From contig CAYNNQ010000021.1 in assembly GCA_964398785.1 (NCBI GenBank), positions 265 through 32,264 on the forward strand: a stretch of 32,000 nt of DNA. The letters are read 5' to 3'. This DNA is from an uncultured Desulfovibrionales bacterium. GTDB taxonomy: Bacteria > Desulfobacterota > Desulfovibrionia > Desulfovibrionales > Desulfonatronovibrionaceae. How positions within the stretch are numbered: position 1 is the stretch's first letter; each line of letters begins with the position of its first letter. Both the position numbers and the translations under genes were made by a program. The notes beneath the pieces were generated by a model, which saw only the letters and a list, made by a program, of their open reading frames with translations, did not search any database and was not told where the DNA came from. Below, in pieces: positions 1 through 8,365 of the stretch.

Positions 1-128
1 TCTATTGCTTCTTTTCTTTCCCGGGCAAAGTCTTTTACGCCCCGCCACTCTCCATGTTCAATCGATTCCATCAGATCTTTTTCTTCCTGATCGATTGGTT
101 TAAATGCTTTTGCATTTATTTTATTCAT
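1..128 (-). CDS. Putative CopG/BrnA-like antitoxin, N-terminal fragment truncated by the window edge
   Basis: Reverse-strand reading from ATG at 128 gives MNKINAKAFKPIDQEEKDLMESIEHGEWRGVKDFARERKEAI..., resembling the 'EEKxLxESxExGEWKSVK' start of CopG-family antitoxins. The start overlaps the stop of the upstream toxin-like ORF (TAATG). Confidence 0.6.
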   Translation of the reverse strand, partial: MNKINAKAFKPIDQEEKDLMESIEHGEWRGVKDFARERKEAI

Positions 129-397
129 TATGCCCCCTTCAAGCCGTATTTCTTTGTGTATTTTCGGCTTGGAAAAGCTGTCTTCAAAAATATATCCTCG
201 TCAATTTCGACGTAAGGAACAATGATTGCGTAATTGTCGATTTCCAAAATATACATTTTTTGTTTTGCAAACCCGAGATTTTCCTCTATTCCAATTATCT
301 TATCCGCTTCAATTAAATAGGCGATTTCTTCAAAGGATATTCCGCGTTCTCGTTTTGAGATCTCGTTTTTATTTGAATTCCAATTCAAATATTTCAT
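128..397 (-). CDS. BrnT-like toxin (type II toxin-antitoxin)
   Basis: 89 aa, MKYLNWNSNKNEISKRERGISFEEIAYLIE...YAIIVPYVEIDEDIFLKTAFPSRKYTKKYG; resembles BrnT (W-NxxKN...GISFEEA...kTayPsRk) and is coupled to an antitoxin-like ORF. Confidence 0.6.
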   Translation of the reverse strand: MKYLNWNSNKNEISKRERGISFEEIAYLIEADKIIGIEENLGFAKQKMYILEIDNYAIIVPYVEIDEDIFLKTAFPSRKYTKKYGLKGA

Positions 398-709
398 ATA
401 AATTATATATGCCGTTGCCTGCCTTTTGTCAACACGATCATAAACGGGGGCGAACTTGAAGCGGCTACGGTATTATCTTGGTTTTGCTCATAAGTACCAG
501 CCTGACCCTGGGGCGGGCGATTCCTTTCTTTGTAACCTAGTCCACAGTCTATCCGCGGTTCCGACTACCCGCACCAACCGGTTTTACAACCCACGCATTG
601 CCTGCTATCAATCGCTCTGTCCGCGCCGATATGCCGGAGGGGCGGGTTAAAAACTCACATTTTATAAGTGGGCCCGGTCCCATTTACGAGTATGGTGAAC
701 AGATAGGCT

Positions 710-1909
710 ATGGTCGTAGAGAAAAGAAAAGTCCTAGTCACCGGAGCGGGGTGTATCTGCAGCGCAGGGCCGGACGTCCCCTCGTGCACAGCCGCCCTTT
801 ACTCCGGGGATTTTTCCCCACCGCTCCCCCCGAAGGATTTCATGCCCGGGTTTGAGCAGGACTTCCCGGTTTTTGCCTGCAAAAAGCATTTGCACCCTTC
901 TTACCAAGACGAAAAAAACGTGTTTGTCAGCTCCTCCTTTGCCCTGCAGGCCGCCTTGGAAGCCCTGCATAACGCCCGAATCGACCCCGGGGAACTCAGC
1001 CGAAGCCGCACCGGGATATGCATCGGAACCACGGTCGGGGCCTCGCTCAACATCCTTGATTTCTACAAGCACTGGAAAGAAGGCGGGGACCCGGATCTGG
1101 AACAGATATACCGCTACATGCGCAGCAACCCCGCCCTTTTCCTGCAAAAAAAGTTCGGACTATCCGGGCCGGTGCAGACAAGCACCAACGCCTGCTCCAG
1201 CGGAACCGACGCCATCGGTGTTGGCAGGCAATGGATTCAGCAGGGCCTGTGCGATCGGGTGATCGCCGGGGGAACGGATGAATTGAACGAACTGGCCTAT
1301 AACGGTTTCATCCGGCTCATGAACTGCAGCCTTGAGCCCTGCCGCCCGTTCGATGCCGAGCGCAAGGGCCTAAATCTGGGCGAGGGAGCGGGCATACTTG
1401 TCCTGGAAGCCGAAAAAAACGCGGAAAAACACGGAGCGGACATCCTGGGGGAGGTCGCCGCGTACTCGACCGCGGCGGACGCCCATCACCTGACCGCCCC
1501 CCACCCGGAGGCAAAAGGGCTTGAAATCGCCTTTTCCCGGGTGCTTGAACAGACCGGCATACAAACCCGGGACATCGGTGTAATCAATGTGCACGGCACG
1601 GGGACCACGGCCAACGATCAGGCCGAGGCCCATCTTCTCGCCCGCGGCCCGAAATCGGTTCCCTTTTTCGGGACCAAGGGCATGACCGGACACACCCTGG
1701 GAGCGGCCGGGGCAATGGAAGCAGTGTTCTCCCTGTATTGCCTGCGGGAAAAGAAAGTTCCCCCCACGCCCGGCTTCAACACCCCGGACCCGGAACTCGG
1801 AGTCGCCCCGGCAAAGGGAGGAACCGAGTTAAGCGGTCCCTGGGCGGTTTCCCAATCCCTGGCCTTCGGCGGGAACAATTCGGTTCTTCTCCTCAAGGGG
1901 GAGGGATAG
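710..1909 (+). CDS. Beta-ketoacyl synthase, FabF/KAS-II-like (KS1)
   Basis: 399 aa; nucleophile motif TNACSSGTDAIG, His motifs INVHGTGTTANDQAEA and KGMTGHTLGAAGAMEA, giving a full Cys-His-His set. Confidence 0.93.
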   Translation: MVVEKRKVLVTGAGCICSAGPDVPSCTAALYSGDFSPPLPPKDFMPGFEQDFPVFACKKHLHPSYQDEKNVFVSSSFALQAALEALHNARIDPGELSRSRTGICIGTTVGASLNILDFYKHWKEGGDPDLEQIYRYMRSNPALFLQKKFGLSGPVQTSTNACSSGTDAIGVGRQWIQQGLCDRVIAGGTDELNELAYNGFIRLMNCSLEPCRPFDAERKGLNLGEGAGILVLEAEKNAEKHGADILGEVAAYSTAADAHHLTAPHPEAKGLEIAFSRVLEQTGIQTRDIGVINVHGTGTTANDQAEAHLLARGPKSVPFFGTKGMTGHTLGAAGAMEAVFSLYCLREKKVPPTPGFNTPDPELGVAPAKGGTELSGPWAVSQSLAFGGNNSVLLLKGEG

Positions 1910-1911
1910 CC

Positions 1912-2787
1912 ATGTATATACTCGGAAAAGGGATAACCGGACCCTTTGGGGGATGGCCGGAATTTAAAGATATCGTCCGGGAGGGCAGACCCCTTTTCGG
2001 GACCGAAGAAAAACACGCTGAAAACCGGGATTTGAGCCGTTTTGTCTCTACCCGGTTCAAACGCCGCCTGGATCACTTCACCAAAATGATCCTCACGGCC
2101 GCGCATCTGGCCCTGGAAGACATGCAGCAGGAAGGAGGGGAAGACCCGGGACGTTTGGGGATCATCCTTACAAGCGGCTACGGGCCCTGTCAGACCACTT
2201 TCGACTTTCTGGACGGAATGATCGATCACGGCCCGAATATGGCTTCTCCCCTGGCCTTCTCCCATTCCGTGCACAATGTCCCGGCCGGAATCCTGGCCAT
2301 GTCCCTCAAGGAGAGCTGTCCGTGCACAAGCATCTGCCAGCCGCAAATGCCGGTATTCTCCGGGCTTGTCCAGGCCGGGGCCTGGCTTGAGCAGGGAGTG
2401 GCGGATACCGTTTTGCTCGGGGCGGCGGATGAGGATACCGAACTCTTGCGCTACTGCCTGGGGCGGATACATCCAGGACTTTCACGCGAGAACACCCTGG
2501 TCCAGGAAGGAGCGGCCTTTTTTTGCCTTAAAAAAACAGCAGAACACCGGCCGCAGGCCAAATTGACTCTGGCCGCCCCCGGGGAAAAAAGTCCGGCTGA
2601 AACCCGGGAGGCGAATCTTTTGGGCATACATCCTTCCTTTCCGGTCCGGGCCGCATTTGAGATGGCCGCATTTATGGCCGGGAAAAAGGATGCAAAAATA
2701 GCTTTGGCTGAAAAAAACCTCTCCGGGGACAAGGCGTTTATATGTATGCATTCACCGAATTCTGCTGATAACCATGCAAAAATATAA
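1912..2787 (+). CDS. Short ketosynthase-like/chain-length-factor-like protein (KS2, PF13723-like)
   Basis: Start reset to ATG 1912 (MYILGKGITGPFGGW) with GGGAGGGAT just upstream and 2 nt after the KS1 stop. 291 aa; contains SPLAFSHSVHNVPAGILAM and VLLGAADEDTELL but no C-terminal GTGT/GH motifs. Confidence 0.8.
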   Translation: MYILGKGITGPFGGWPEFKDIVREGRPLFGTEEKHAENRDLSRFVSTRFKRRLDHFTKMILTAAHLALEDMQQEGGEDPGRLGIILTSGYGPCQTTFDFLDGMIDHGPNMASPLAFSHSVHNVPAGILAMSLKESCPCTSICQPQMPVFSGLVQAGAWLEQGVADTVLLGAADEDTELLRYCLGRIHPGLSRENTLVQEGAAFFCLKKTAEHRPQAKLTLAAPGEKSPAETREANLLGIHPSFPVRAAFEMAAFMAGKKDAKIALAEKNLSGDKAFICMHSPNSADNHAKI

Positions 2788-3961
2788 ACTCACAAAAGAG
2801 GATATTCTTCTTATCCTCAGCGGGATGATCAAGGCCGGGCTCATCGCCCGGGGAGAATACCCGGACTTTATTTTTCGTCCCGGCCCCCTTCCCCCGGAGT
2901 CCCGGATCGGCGCGCAGGGGCTTAATCTAAGCGAGTCCGAGGCAAGCAATCTGCGCCGCCGCGCGGAAGAGATGTTCGGGGGAACTCTCCCGGAAGGGGC
3001 CGCACTGGAAGAGTGGGCGGAGGTCTTGCACGCGGCCCGGAAAAGTTCCGGGCGGGAAAAAATCGTCTTTCACACCTCGGGCAGCACCGGCGAGCCCAAA
3101 CCGAACGCGCACGACTATGCCCTGCTGGCCCAGGAGATCGACTGCCAGAAAGAACTGTACCTGGGGACCGAAAGGATCGTCAGCTTTGTTTTTCCCCAGC
3201 ACATCTACGGCTTTCTGTTCACGATCATGCTCCCCAAGGCCCTGGGGTGCCCGGCGCTTTCCCATCCACCGTTCCCGTCCCGGAAAATAATCGAGGATCT
3301 GCGGGAAAACGATCTGGTGCTCGGATTTCCCCTTTTCTGGAACAAACTTCTGGAAACCGGGAAAACCGTGCCCAGAGGCGTATCCGGAGTAACCTCCACC
3401 GCACCCTGCCCCCGGGAAACAATCCTCAGACTCATGGAAAACGGATTTGAAAAAATAACCGAGATATACGGCTCCTCGGAAACCGGGGGAATCGGCACCC
3501 GGAGTCATCCGGACAAGCCATACACCCTGCTTTCCTGCTGGAACGCCCCCGGCCCGGAAAACCCCGGGCATTTAACCCGAGAGCATCCGGCAAGCAAAAA
3601 GACCCTGTCCTATCCGGTCCCGGATGCGATCACCTGGCTTGGCCCGGACACATTCCTCCCCAGGGGCAGAACGGACAGCGCGGTACAGGTAGCCGGAACC
3701 AATGTCTATCCGAAAAAAATAGAAAACATCCTTTTAAAGCACCCCGAAATCCGGGAGTGCGCCGTCCGTCTCATGCGCCCGGAGGAAGGCTCTAGACTGA
3801 AGGTGTTTATAGTCCCGCAAGGGACGAAGGACCCGGAGGAACTGCGCCGGGAACTTGCGGCCTGGATGAAAAAACACTTGACTGCGGCGGAAATTCCCAA
3901 AAAGATAAATTCGGGATGCGAACTCCCCAAAAACGCCATGGGCAAGATTCAGGACTGGTAA
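2774..3961 (+). CDS. AMP-dependent acyl/aryl ligase (adenylate-forming)
   Basis: 395 aa; P-loop-like FHTSGSTGEPK, IYGSSETGGIG, GRTDSAVQVAGTNVYPKKIE, and a C-terminal LPKNAMGKI catalytic-Lys motif. Overlaps KS2 by 14 nt. Confidence 0.88.
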   Translation: MQKYKLTKEDILLILSGMIKAGLIARGEYPDFIFRPGPLPPESRIGAQGLNLSESEASNLRRRAEEMFGGTLPEGAALEEWAEVLHAARKSSGREKIVFHTSGSTGEPKPNAHDYALLAQEIDCQKELYLGTERIVSFVFPQHIYGFLFTIMLPKALGCPALSHPPFPSRKIIEDLRENDLVLGFPLFWNKLLETGKTVPRGVSGVTSTAPCPRETILRLMENGFEKITEIYGSSETGGIGTRSHPDKPYTLLSCWNAPGPENPGHLTREHPASKKTLSYPVPDAITWLGPDTFLPRGRTDSAVQVAGTNVYPKKIENILLKHPEIRECAVRLMRPEEGSRLKVFIVPQGTKDPEELRRELAAWMKKHLTAAEIPKKINSGCELPKNAMGKIQDW

Positions 3962-3981
3962 CGAATAAAGGAAAAAAAGAC

Positions 3982-4188
3982 ATGATTGCAAACAAAAACC
4001 GCATTCTTGCAGCGGCAACCGGAGTGCTGCTTTTGCCCCTTTTTTCCTGCACCCCGGTCAAAAAGGCCGGGCACGGCGTGGGCGAGGCCACGGGCAAGAC
4101 GGTCAAGACCATAAAGGAAATACCCGGGGAGATTAAGAAAGGATATAAAAAGGGCAGGACCGAAAACCCCGCCCCTGATGGAAACTAG
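3982..4188 (+). CDS. Small putative lipoprotein
   Basis: Start reset from 3916 to ATG 3982 (MIANKNRILAAATGVLLLPLFSCTPVKKAG...), preceded by AAGGAAAAAAAG. Signal peptide with LFSC lipobox. Confidence 0.65.
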   Translation: MIANKNRILAAATGVLLLPLFSCTPVKKAGHGVGEATGKTVKTIKEIPGEIKKGYKKGRTENPAPDGN

Positions 4189-4189
4189 C

Positions 4190-4210
4190 AAACAGCCTAT
4201 TGGGCTGTTT
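4190..4210. terminator. Candidate bidirectional hairpin terminator between convergent genes
   Basis: AAACAGCC-TATTG-GGCTGTTT, 8 bp perfect stem flanked by T-rich sequence on the + side; lies at the end of convergent CDSs 3982..4188 and 4197..4604. Confidence 0.45.
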
Positions 4211-4604
4211 TCTGCTGCATTCTGCGCATTATTGCCTGATCCAGATAATGGATCCAGCCGTTATAGCGTCTATGGATCACGTCCCCGGAATGGCGCATAT
4301 TTCGACTGTCCTTGTACTTGATGCTGTAGCTCTTGTTGTCATAATATATATCCACCTGAGCCATGAGCTTGCCATGATCCAGTGTAGCCACCATATGCCC
4401 CGGGGATTTCTTTTCCGCATGCCACCCCTTGTCCATACATCCCTTGTAGACTGCATCCGCCACCTGCTGAGTGGTAAGTTGTTCGCCGGATTTTGTTGGA
4501 ACCGGGGCCTCGTTTATGTTGTTAATCGGGGCCTCCACAATACAGGCAGTCAAGAAAAGCACTGAAACCAAAGAAATACACCAAGCGCAAAATCTGGGAT
4601 TCAT
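4197..4604 (-). CDS. Putative lipoprotein of unknown function
   Basis: 135 aa, MNPRFCAWCISLVSVLFLTACIVEAP...; LTAC lipobox; immediately downstream of the acyltransferase gene. Confidence 0.7.
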   Translation of the reverse strand: MNPRFCAWCISLVSVLFLTACIVEAPINNINEAPVPTKSGEQLTTQQVADAVYKGCMDKGWHAEKKSPGHMVATLDHGKLMAQVDIYYDNKSYSIKYKDSRNMRHSGDVIHRRYNGWIHYLDQAIMRRMQQKTAQ

Positions 4605-4618
4605 ATAAACCTCCTAGT

Positions 4619-5380
4619 TTACGATGCCTCCAGACAGGAAAGCATCATTTTTCTGACATGTCCGGACATGGCCTTTGCCGGTCTTTTCTCCCGAGCGAAA
4701 CCCTGGGGATAAACCGGGTCAAAGAAACACATCCCTATCTGTCCGGGATAAAAGACCTTCTTTCCCGGAGGAAGCAGCCTTGCTGTACCCTTTATGCACA
4801 ACGGAACCACCGGGACATCGGTGCGCTGGGAAATCTGAAACGCGCCGGTCTTGAACCCGGCTAGCACTTCCTCTTTTCTTCGGGTCCCTTCCGGAAAAAA
4901 AAGCAGGCTTATTCCGTTGTTCAACAGTTCCCTGGCCCGGGCGAGAAACGTCTCCGGATCAAGATCCGCGTCCAAATACCCGGACATGCGCATGAACGGG
5001 GCCAGAAAAGGCACCCGGAACGGCCATCCCCGGACAACCATGGAAACGGCCCAGATCGGCTGGGCCCCGAAACAGTATATATCCAGAATGGACTGGTGGT
5101 TGGCGACAAATATATATGGCGGGGAATTCAGATTCTCCTCGCCGCTCTTGTCGAAGCCCAAAAGGGGCTTGCTGGCCAGATACCAAGCTCGGCCGTAAAG
5201 CCAGATCAAAAAAAGACCAAGCCTTACCCCTTTTTTTTCGGAAAGAAATTTACCTGCGGCCAGGACAAAGGGCATGATCGCCAGGGAAAAAAGCACCAAA
5301 ACACCCTTTACCAGGTAAAGCCAGACATTGAAGACAAGCCTTAAAAGAAGGGGGCTTTGGATTCTTCCAGCCTTGATCAT
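4619..5380 (-). CDS. 1-acyl-glycerol-3-phosphate acyltransferase-like protein (PlsC/LPLAT family)
   Basis: 253 aa; NHQSILD (HX4D) and FFPEGTRR motifs; 4-nt overlap with the upstream ACP gene. Confidence 0.88.
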   Translation of the reverse strand: MIKAGRIQSPLLLRLVFNVWLYLVKGVLVLFSLAIMPFVLAAGKFLSEKKGVRLGLFLIWLYGRAWYLASKPLLGFDKSGEENLNSPPYIFVANHQSILDIYCFGAQPIWAVSMVVRGWPFRVPFLAPFMRMSGYLDADLDPETFLARARELLNNGISLLFFPEGTRRKEEVLAGFKTGAFQISQRTDVPVVPLCIKGTARLLPPGKKVFYPGQIGMCFFDPVYPQGFAREKRPAKAMSGHVRKMMLSCLEAS

Positions 5381-5655
5381 TTCCCTATACCTAATCCGTC
5401 CCGCCTGTATTGTTCATATTTTTTCAGGATGTATTCATGCAAATCGCTGACAGTCCGAATTTCCTTCAGTTCTTCTCTGTTCTTGAGTTTAAAACCGAAG
5501 GCCTGCTCCAGGGCAACCACCATATCCACATAGTCCAGGCTGTCCAGTTCCAGGTCCTCGATAAAGCTCGTCTCGGGCCGGAGTTCATCCTCTTCCAATT
5601 CAAACTCCTCGGCCAGGGAGGAATTTATTGTCTGCACTATTTCCGAACGATTCAT
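5377..5655 (-). CDS. Acyl carrier protein (ACP1)
   Basis: 92 aa; phosphopantetheine site motif LELDSLDYVDMVVALEQAFG. Confidence 0.9.
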   Translation of the reverse strand: MNRSEIVQTINSSLAEEFELEEDELRPETSFIEDLELDSLDYVDMVVALEQAFGFKLKNREELKEIRTVSDLHEYILKKYEQYRRDGLGIGK

Positions 5656-6878
5656 GGATCATATCTCCTGATCAAAAGGGCCGTATTGATACCCCCAAAG
5701 GCAAAGTTGTTTTTTAATACCGTACGCACCTCCTTTGTGCAATCCTCACATATAAGATTGACTCCAGCACAGTCCGGATCGATATTTTCCAGGTTATTGG
5801 TCCCGAGGAGTAATCCCTCCTGCATCATGCACCCCACAGCAGCGACTTCCAGAGCACCGCTGGCGGCCATAGTATGCCCCAAGTGCCCTTTTAGGCTGCT
5901 CACGGGAACGGAATCACCAAAAATCCGGGCCAGAACCGCGGCCTCGTCCGCATCCCCCTGAATGGTGGAGGTGGCGTGCGCGTTTATGTAATCTACATCC
6001 CCGGGGGCGGCTCCCGCGCTTTGCAAAGCGGACAGGATGCACTCGTGCATTGTCCGCGGATCCGGGCTGACCAGGTTCTTGGCGCAGTTCATGGACCATC
6101 CGGCGATTTCCCCCAGAATGGGGACCCCGCGCTTAAAGGCGGAGGGCAGGGACTCCAGGACCAACACCCCGCCTCCCTCGGAGCAGACAACCCCGTCCCG
6201 ATCCGCGTCAAAGGGCCGGGAGGCGCGTCCGGGATCATCCCAACTTTTGACCGAGGCCGCATCCATCATGTCAAAGGTGCCCACGGTAAGGGGATGGACC
6301 TCGTCCGCCCCGCCGCAAAGCATCACATCCTGCTTGCCCGCGGCTATGGCCTCGGCCCCGAGGGCTATGGCCTGTCCTCCGGTGGCGCAGGCAGCACCCG
6401 GGGAAATGACCCGGCCGCTTATGCCCAGATACTGGGCCACATTGGCCGCGCAGCTGTGATTCATTATCTTGAAGAAATTGGTGGAGCGGATCTGCTCCAC
6501 GCCGGTACCGTGCACAAGATACTTGCGGAAAACATCCTCCAGGACGTAGGGGCTGTTCACCGTACTGGAGATACTCGCCCCGACTCTGCCGCCGCCAAGA
6601 AAGACCTCATCCAGACCGGCCATCCCAACCGCCTCCCTGGAGGCAAGTGCGGCAAATATACCCATCCTGGACATGCTACGGCGAAAGCGCCGGGGAATAT
6701 CCTTTTCCGGCAACTCGGGCACATAAACGCCTGTATTGCTATCCAGACCGGGTATATTTTCCAGTCCCGGATTGTACTCTATCCGGGTTTCCCCCTTTTT
6801 CAATCCGGACCACATACAATCCGTACCCAAGCCGTATGCGGAAACAGCCCCGGTTCCGGTAATCACGACTCTTTGCAC
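5652..6878 (-). CDS. Beta-ketoacyl synthase, FabF-like (KS3)
   Basis: 408 aa, MQRVVITGTGAVSAYG; active site AACATGGQAIALGA, YINAHATSTIQGDADEAA, KGHLGHTMAASGALE. Confidence 0.93.
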   Translation of the reverse strand: MQRVVITGTGAVSAYGLGTDCMWSGLKKGETRIEYNPGLENIPGLDSNTGVYVPELPEKDIPRRFRRSMSRMGIFAALASREAVGMAGLDEVFLGGGRVGASISSTVNSPYVLEDVFRKYLVHGTGVEQIRSTNFFKIMNHSCAANVAQYLGISGRVISPGAACATGGQAIALGAEAIAAGKQDVMLCGGADEVHPLTVGTFDMMDAASVKSWDDPGRASRPFDADRDGVVCSEGGGVLVLESLPSAFKRGVPILGEIAGWSMNCAKNLVSPDPRTMHECILSALQSAGAAPGDVDYINAHATSTIQGDADEAAVLARIFGDSVPVSSLKGHLGHTMAASGALEVAAVGCMMQEGLLLGTNNLENIDPDCAGVNLICEDCTKEVRTVLKNNFAFGGINTALLIRRYDP

Positions 6879-8365
6879 TTATACCTTCCTATCTGTTCCA
6901 AGAGTTTTTCTTCGCCCACTATCATTCCACAAGCGACGATTCCAGAGATAACCGTCCCCAGGATCCCCGGAGCGATAACCCCCTGTCCGGCCAGAAAAAG
7001 TCCCTCTATCTTGGTCATGGGCAAAAGGGGGTACTGATGCACAGCGCACTTCGTCCCGTAAAGTCCGCCGCAAGGATTACTACAGTAATCGCGGAAAGTA
7101 AGCGGAGTGGATGTAGCTATCGGCTGTAACCTCCCACGAATTTCGGGTATCTCTTTGTATACTGCCTGAAGAAGCTTATCCGCCAGCCTGTTTTTAAAAT
7201 CCTTATAGTCCGCCGGTCGATTGCCGGATAATGTTTCAATCCATTTTTCAAAACTGGAAAAAGAAGAAGGGGCAATTATTATCACCCCCGTCTTTCCATC
7301 CATTTCCTCGGTCATACTCAAATGCAGGCAGCTTGGCCCATTTTCATTTTCCAGGCCCACAAAGCGGAGCCAGCCTCGTCTCCGCAGGACCAGCCAATTG
7401 GGAACATTGAATATTTCTGGTTTCCTTCCCTCCAGACGGGCATAAAGCACAAAACCGGAAACAGTCTCCTGCATGCCGGAAAACCTTTTCTGCTGTGCCG
7501 GTCGCAGCCCGCTATCTCCCAAAAGCTCCGGGAGGCGGAGCGGGCTGCCGGTATAAACACAGTTTTCGGCAGCCAAGACAAGACCATCGGCCAAACGCAC
7601 GGAGCGGATGCGTCTCGAAGCGTCCAGTCCCAATTCCGTGGCCCGGCTAGAACAAAAAATATCCACCCCGTATTTCTTGAGACTGTTATGAAAAGCCCGG
7701 ACAAGACTCCGACCGCCACCTTTGATATAGTGCACCGAACGTAGATAGGAAGCAAAGATCTGGGCATGGACCTGCATAGTAGCCTCGCTAGGTTCCACTC
7801 CGGCCAGGATCGCCGGGTAGGAAAAGACCGCCCGCAATCCGGGATCGTCTACGTTCTCCCCCAAAAAATGTCCAACGCTTATGTCCTGTTGGATATACGA
7901 TTCCAGACTGTTTTTCTTACCCCCCTTGAAGGTGAGATATGGTGAGGATGTCCAGTAATTGGCGCATTCCCGAAAAAAATGCTCGACTTCCTCCCGGCGA
8001 TGGGGATACATGCGCAAAAGATCCTGTCGGAGCCGATCCGGCCCATAGGAAACAAAAAAATCATCCCCTAAATCGGGACCGCGCAATCCCAAAAATCCAT
8101 CACTGGGGAGCTCTCCTCCCTCGAGTCCATCCTTAAGGCCCAGGAACCGAAAATAGGTATCCAGGACATGTCCCTCTCCCAGCTCCCCCACATAATGCAC
8201 GCCAGTATCGAAAAATATGCCCTGCCTCTGAAACCCACGCAGGGTTGGAGCAAGCATGGATGAGGACTCCACCAGAGCAACCCGGTGCTCCATTCTGGCC
8301 AGGGCTATTGCCGTAGTCATGCCGGCCGCTCCCCCGCCGATCACAACCGTATCATAACTGGACAT
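6863..8365 (-). CDS. Phytoene desaturase/retinol-saturase-like FAD-dependent oxidoreductase
   Basis: Start reset to ATG 8365 (MSSYDTVVIGGGAAGMTTAIALARMEHRVALVE), a Rossmann FAD motif; ISVG..., TPLTFRDYCSNPCGGLYG and C-terminal GLFLAGQGVIAPGILGTVISG resemble CrtI/CrtISO family proteins. TGATG overlap with KS4. Confidence 0.85.
   Translation of the reverse strand: MSSYDTVVIGGGAAGMTTAIALARMEHRVALVESSSMLAPTLRGFQRQGIFFDTGVHYVGELGEGHVLDTYFRFLGLKDGLEGGELPSDGFLGLRGPDLGDDFFVSYGPDRLRQDLLRMYPHRREEVEHFFRECANYWTSSPYLTFKGGKKNSLESYIQQDISVGHFLGENVDDPGLRAVFSYPAILAGVEPSEATMQVHAQIFASYLRSVHYIKGGGRSLVRAFHNSLKKYGVDIFCSSRATELGLDASRRIRSVRLADGLVLAAENCVYTGSPLRLPELLGDSGLRPAQQKRFSGMQETVSGFVLYARLEGRKPEIFNVPNWLVLRRRGWLRFVGLENENGPSCLHLSMTEEMDGKTGVIIIAPSSFSSFEKWIETLSGNRPADYKDFKNRLADKLLQAVYKEIPEIRGRLQPIATSTPLTFRDYCSNPCGGLYGTKCAVHQYPLLPMTKIEGLFLAGQGVIAPGILGTVISGIVACGMIVGEEKLLEQIGRYKCKES

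Noticed and set aside
1618-2472. 284-aa minus-strand ORF opposite KS1/KS2
   Set aside because: Overlaps the KS1 His motif and KS2 coding sequence; no domain signature.
5976-7037. 353-aa plus-strand ORF opposite KS3 and the oxidoreductase
   Set aside because: Antisense to a well-supported KS; no motifs; composition typical of a shadow ORF.
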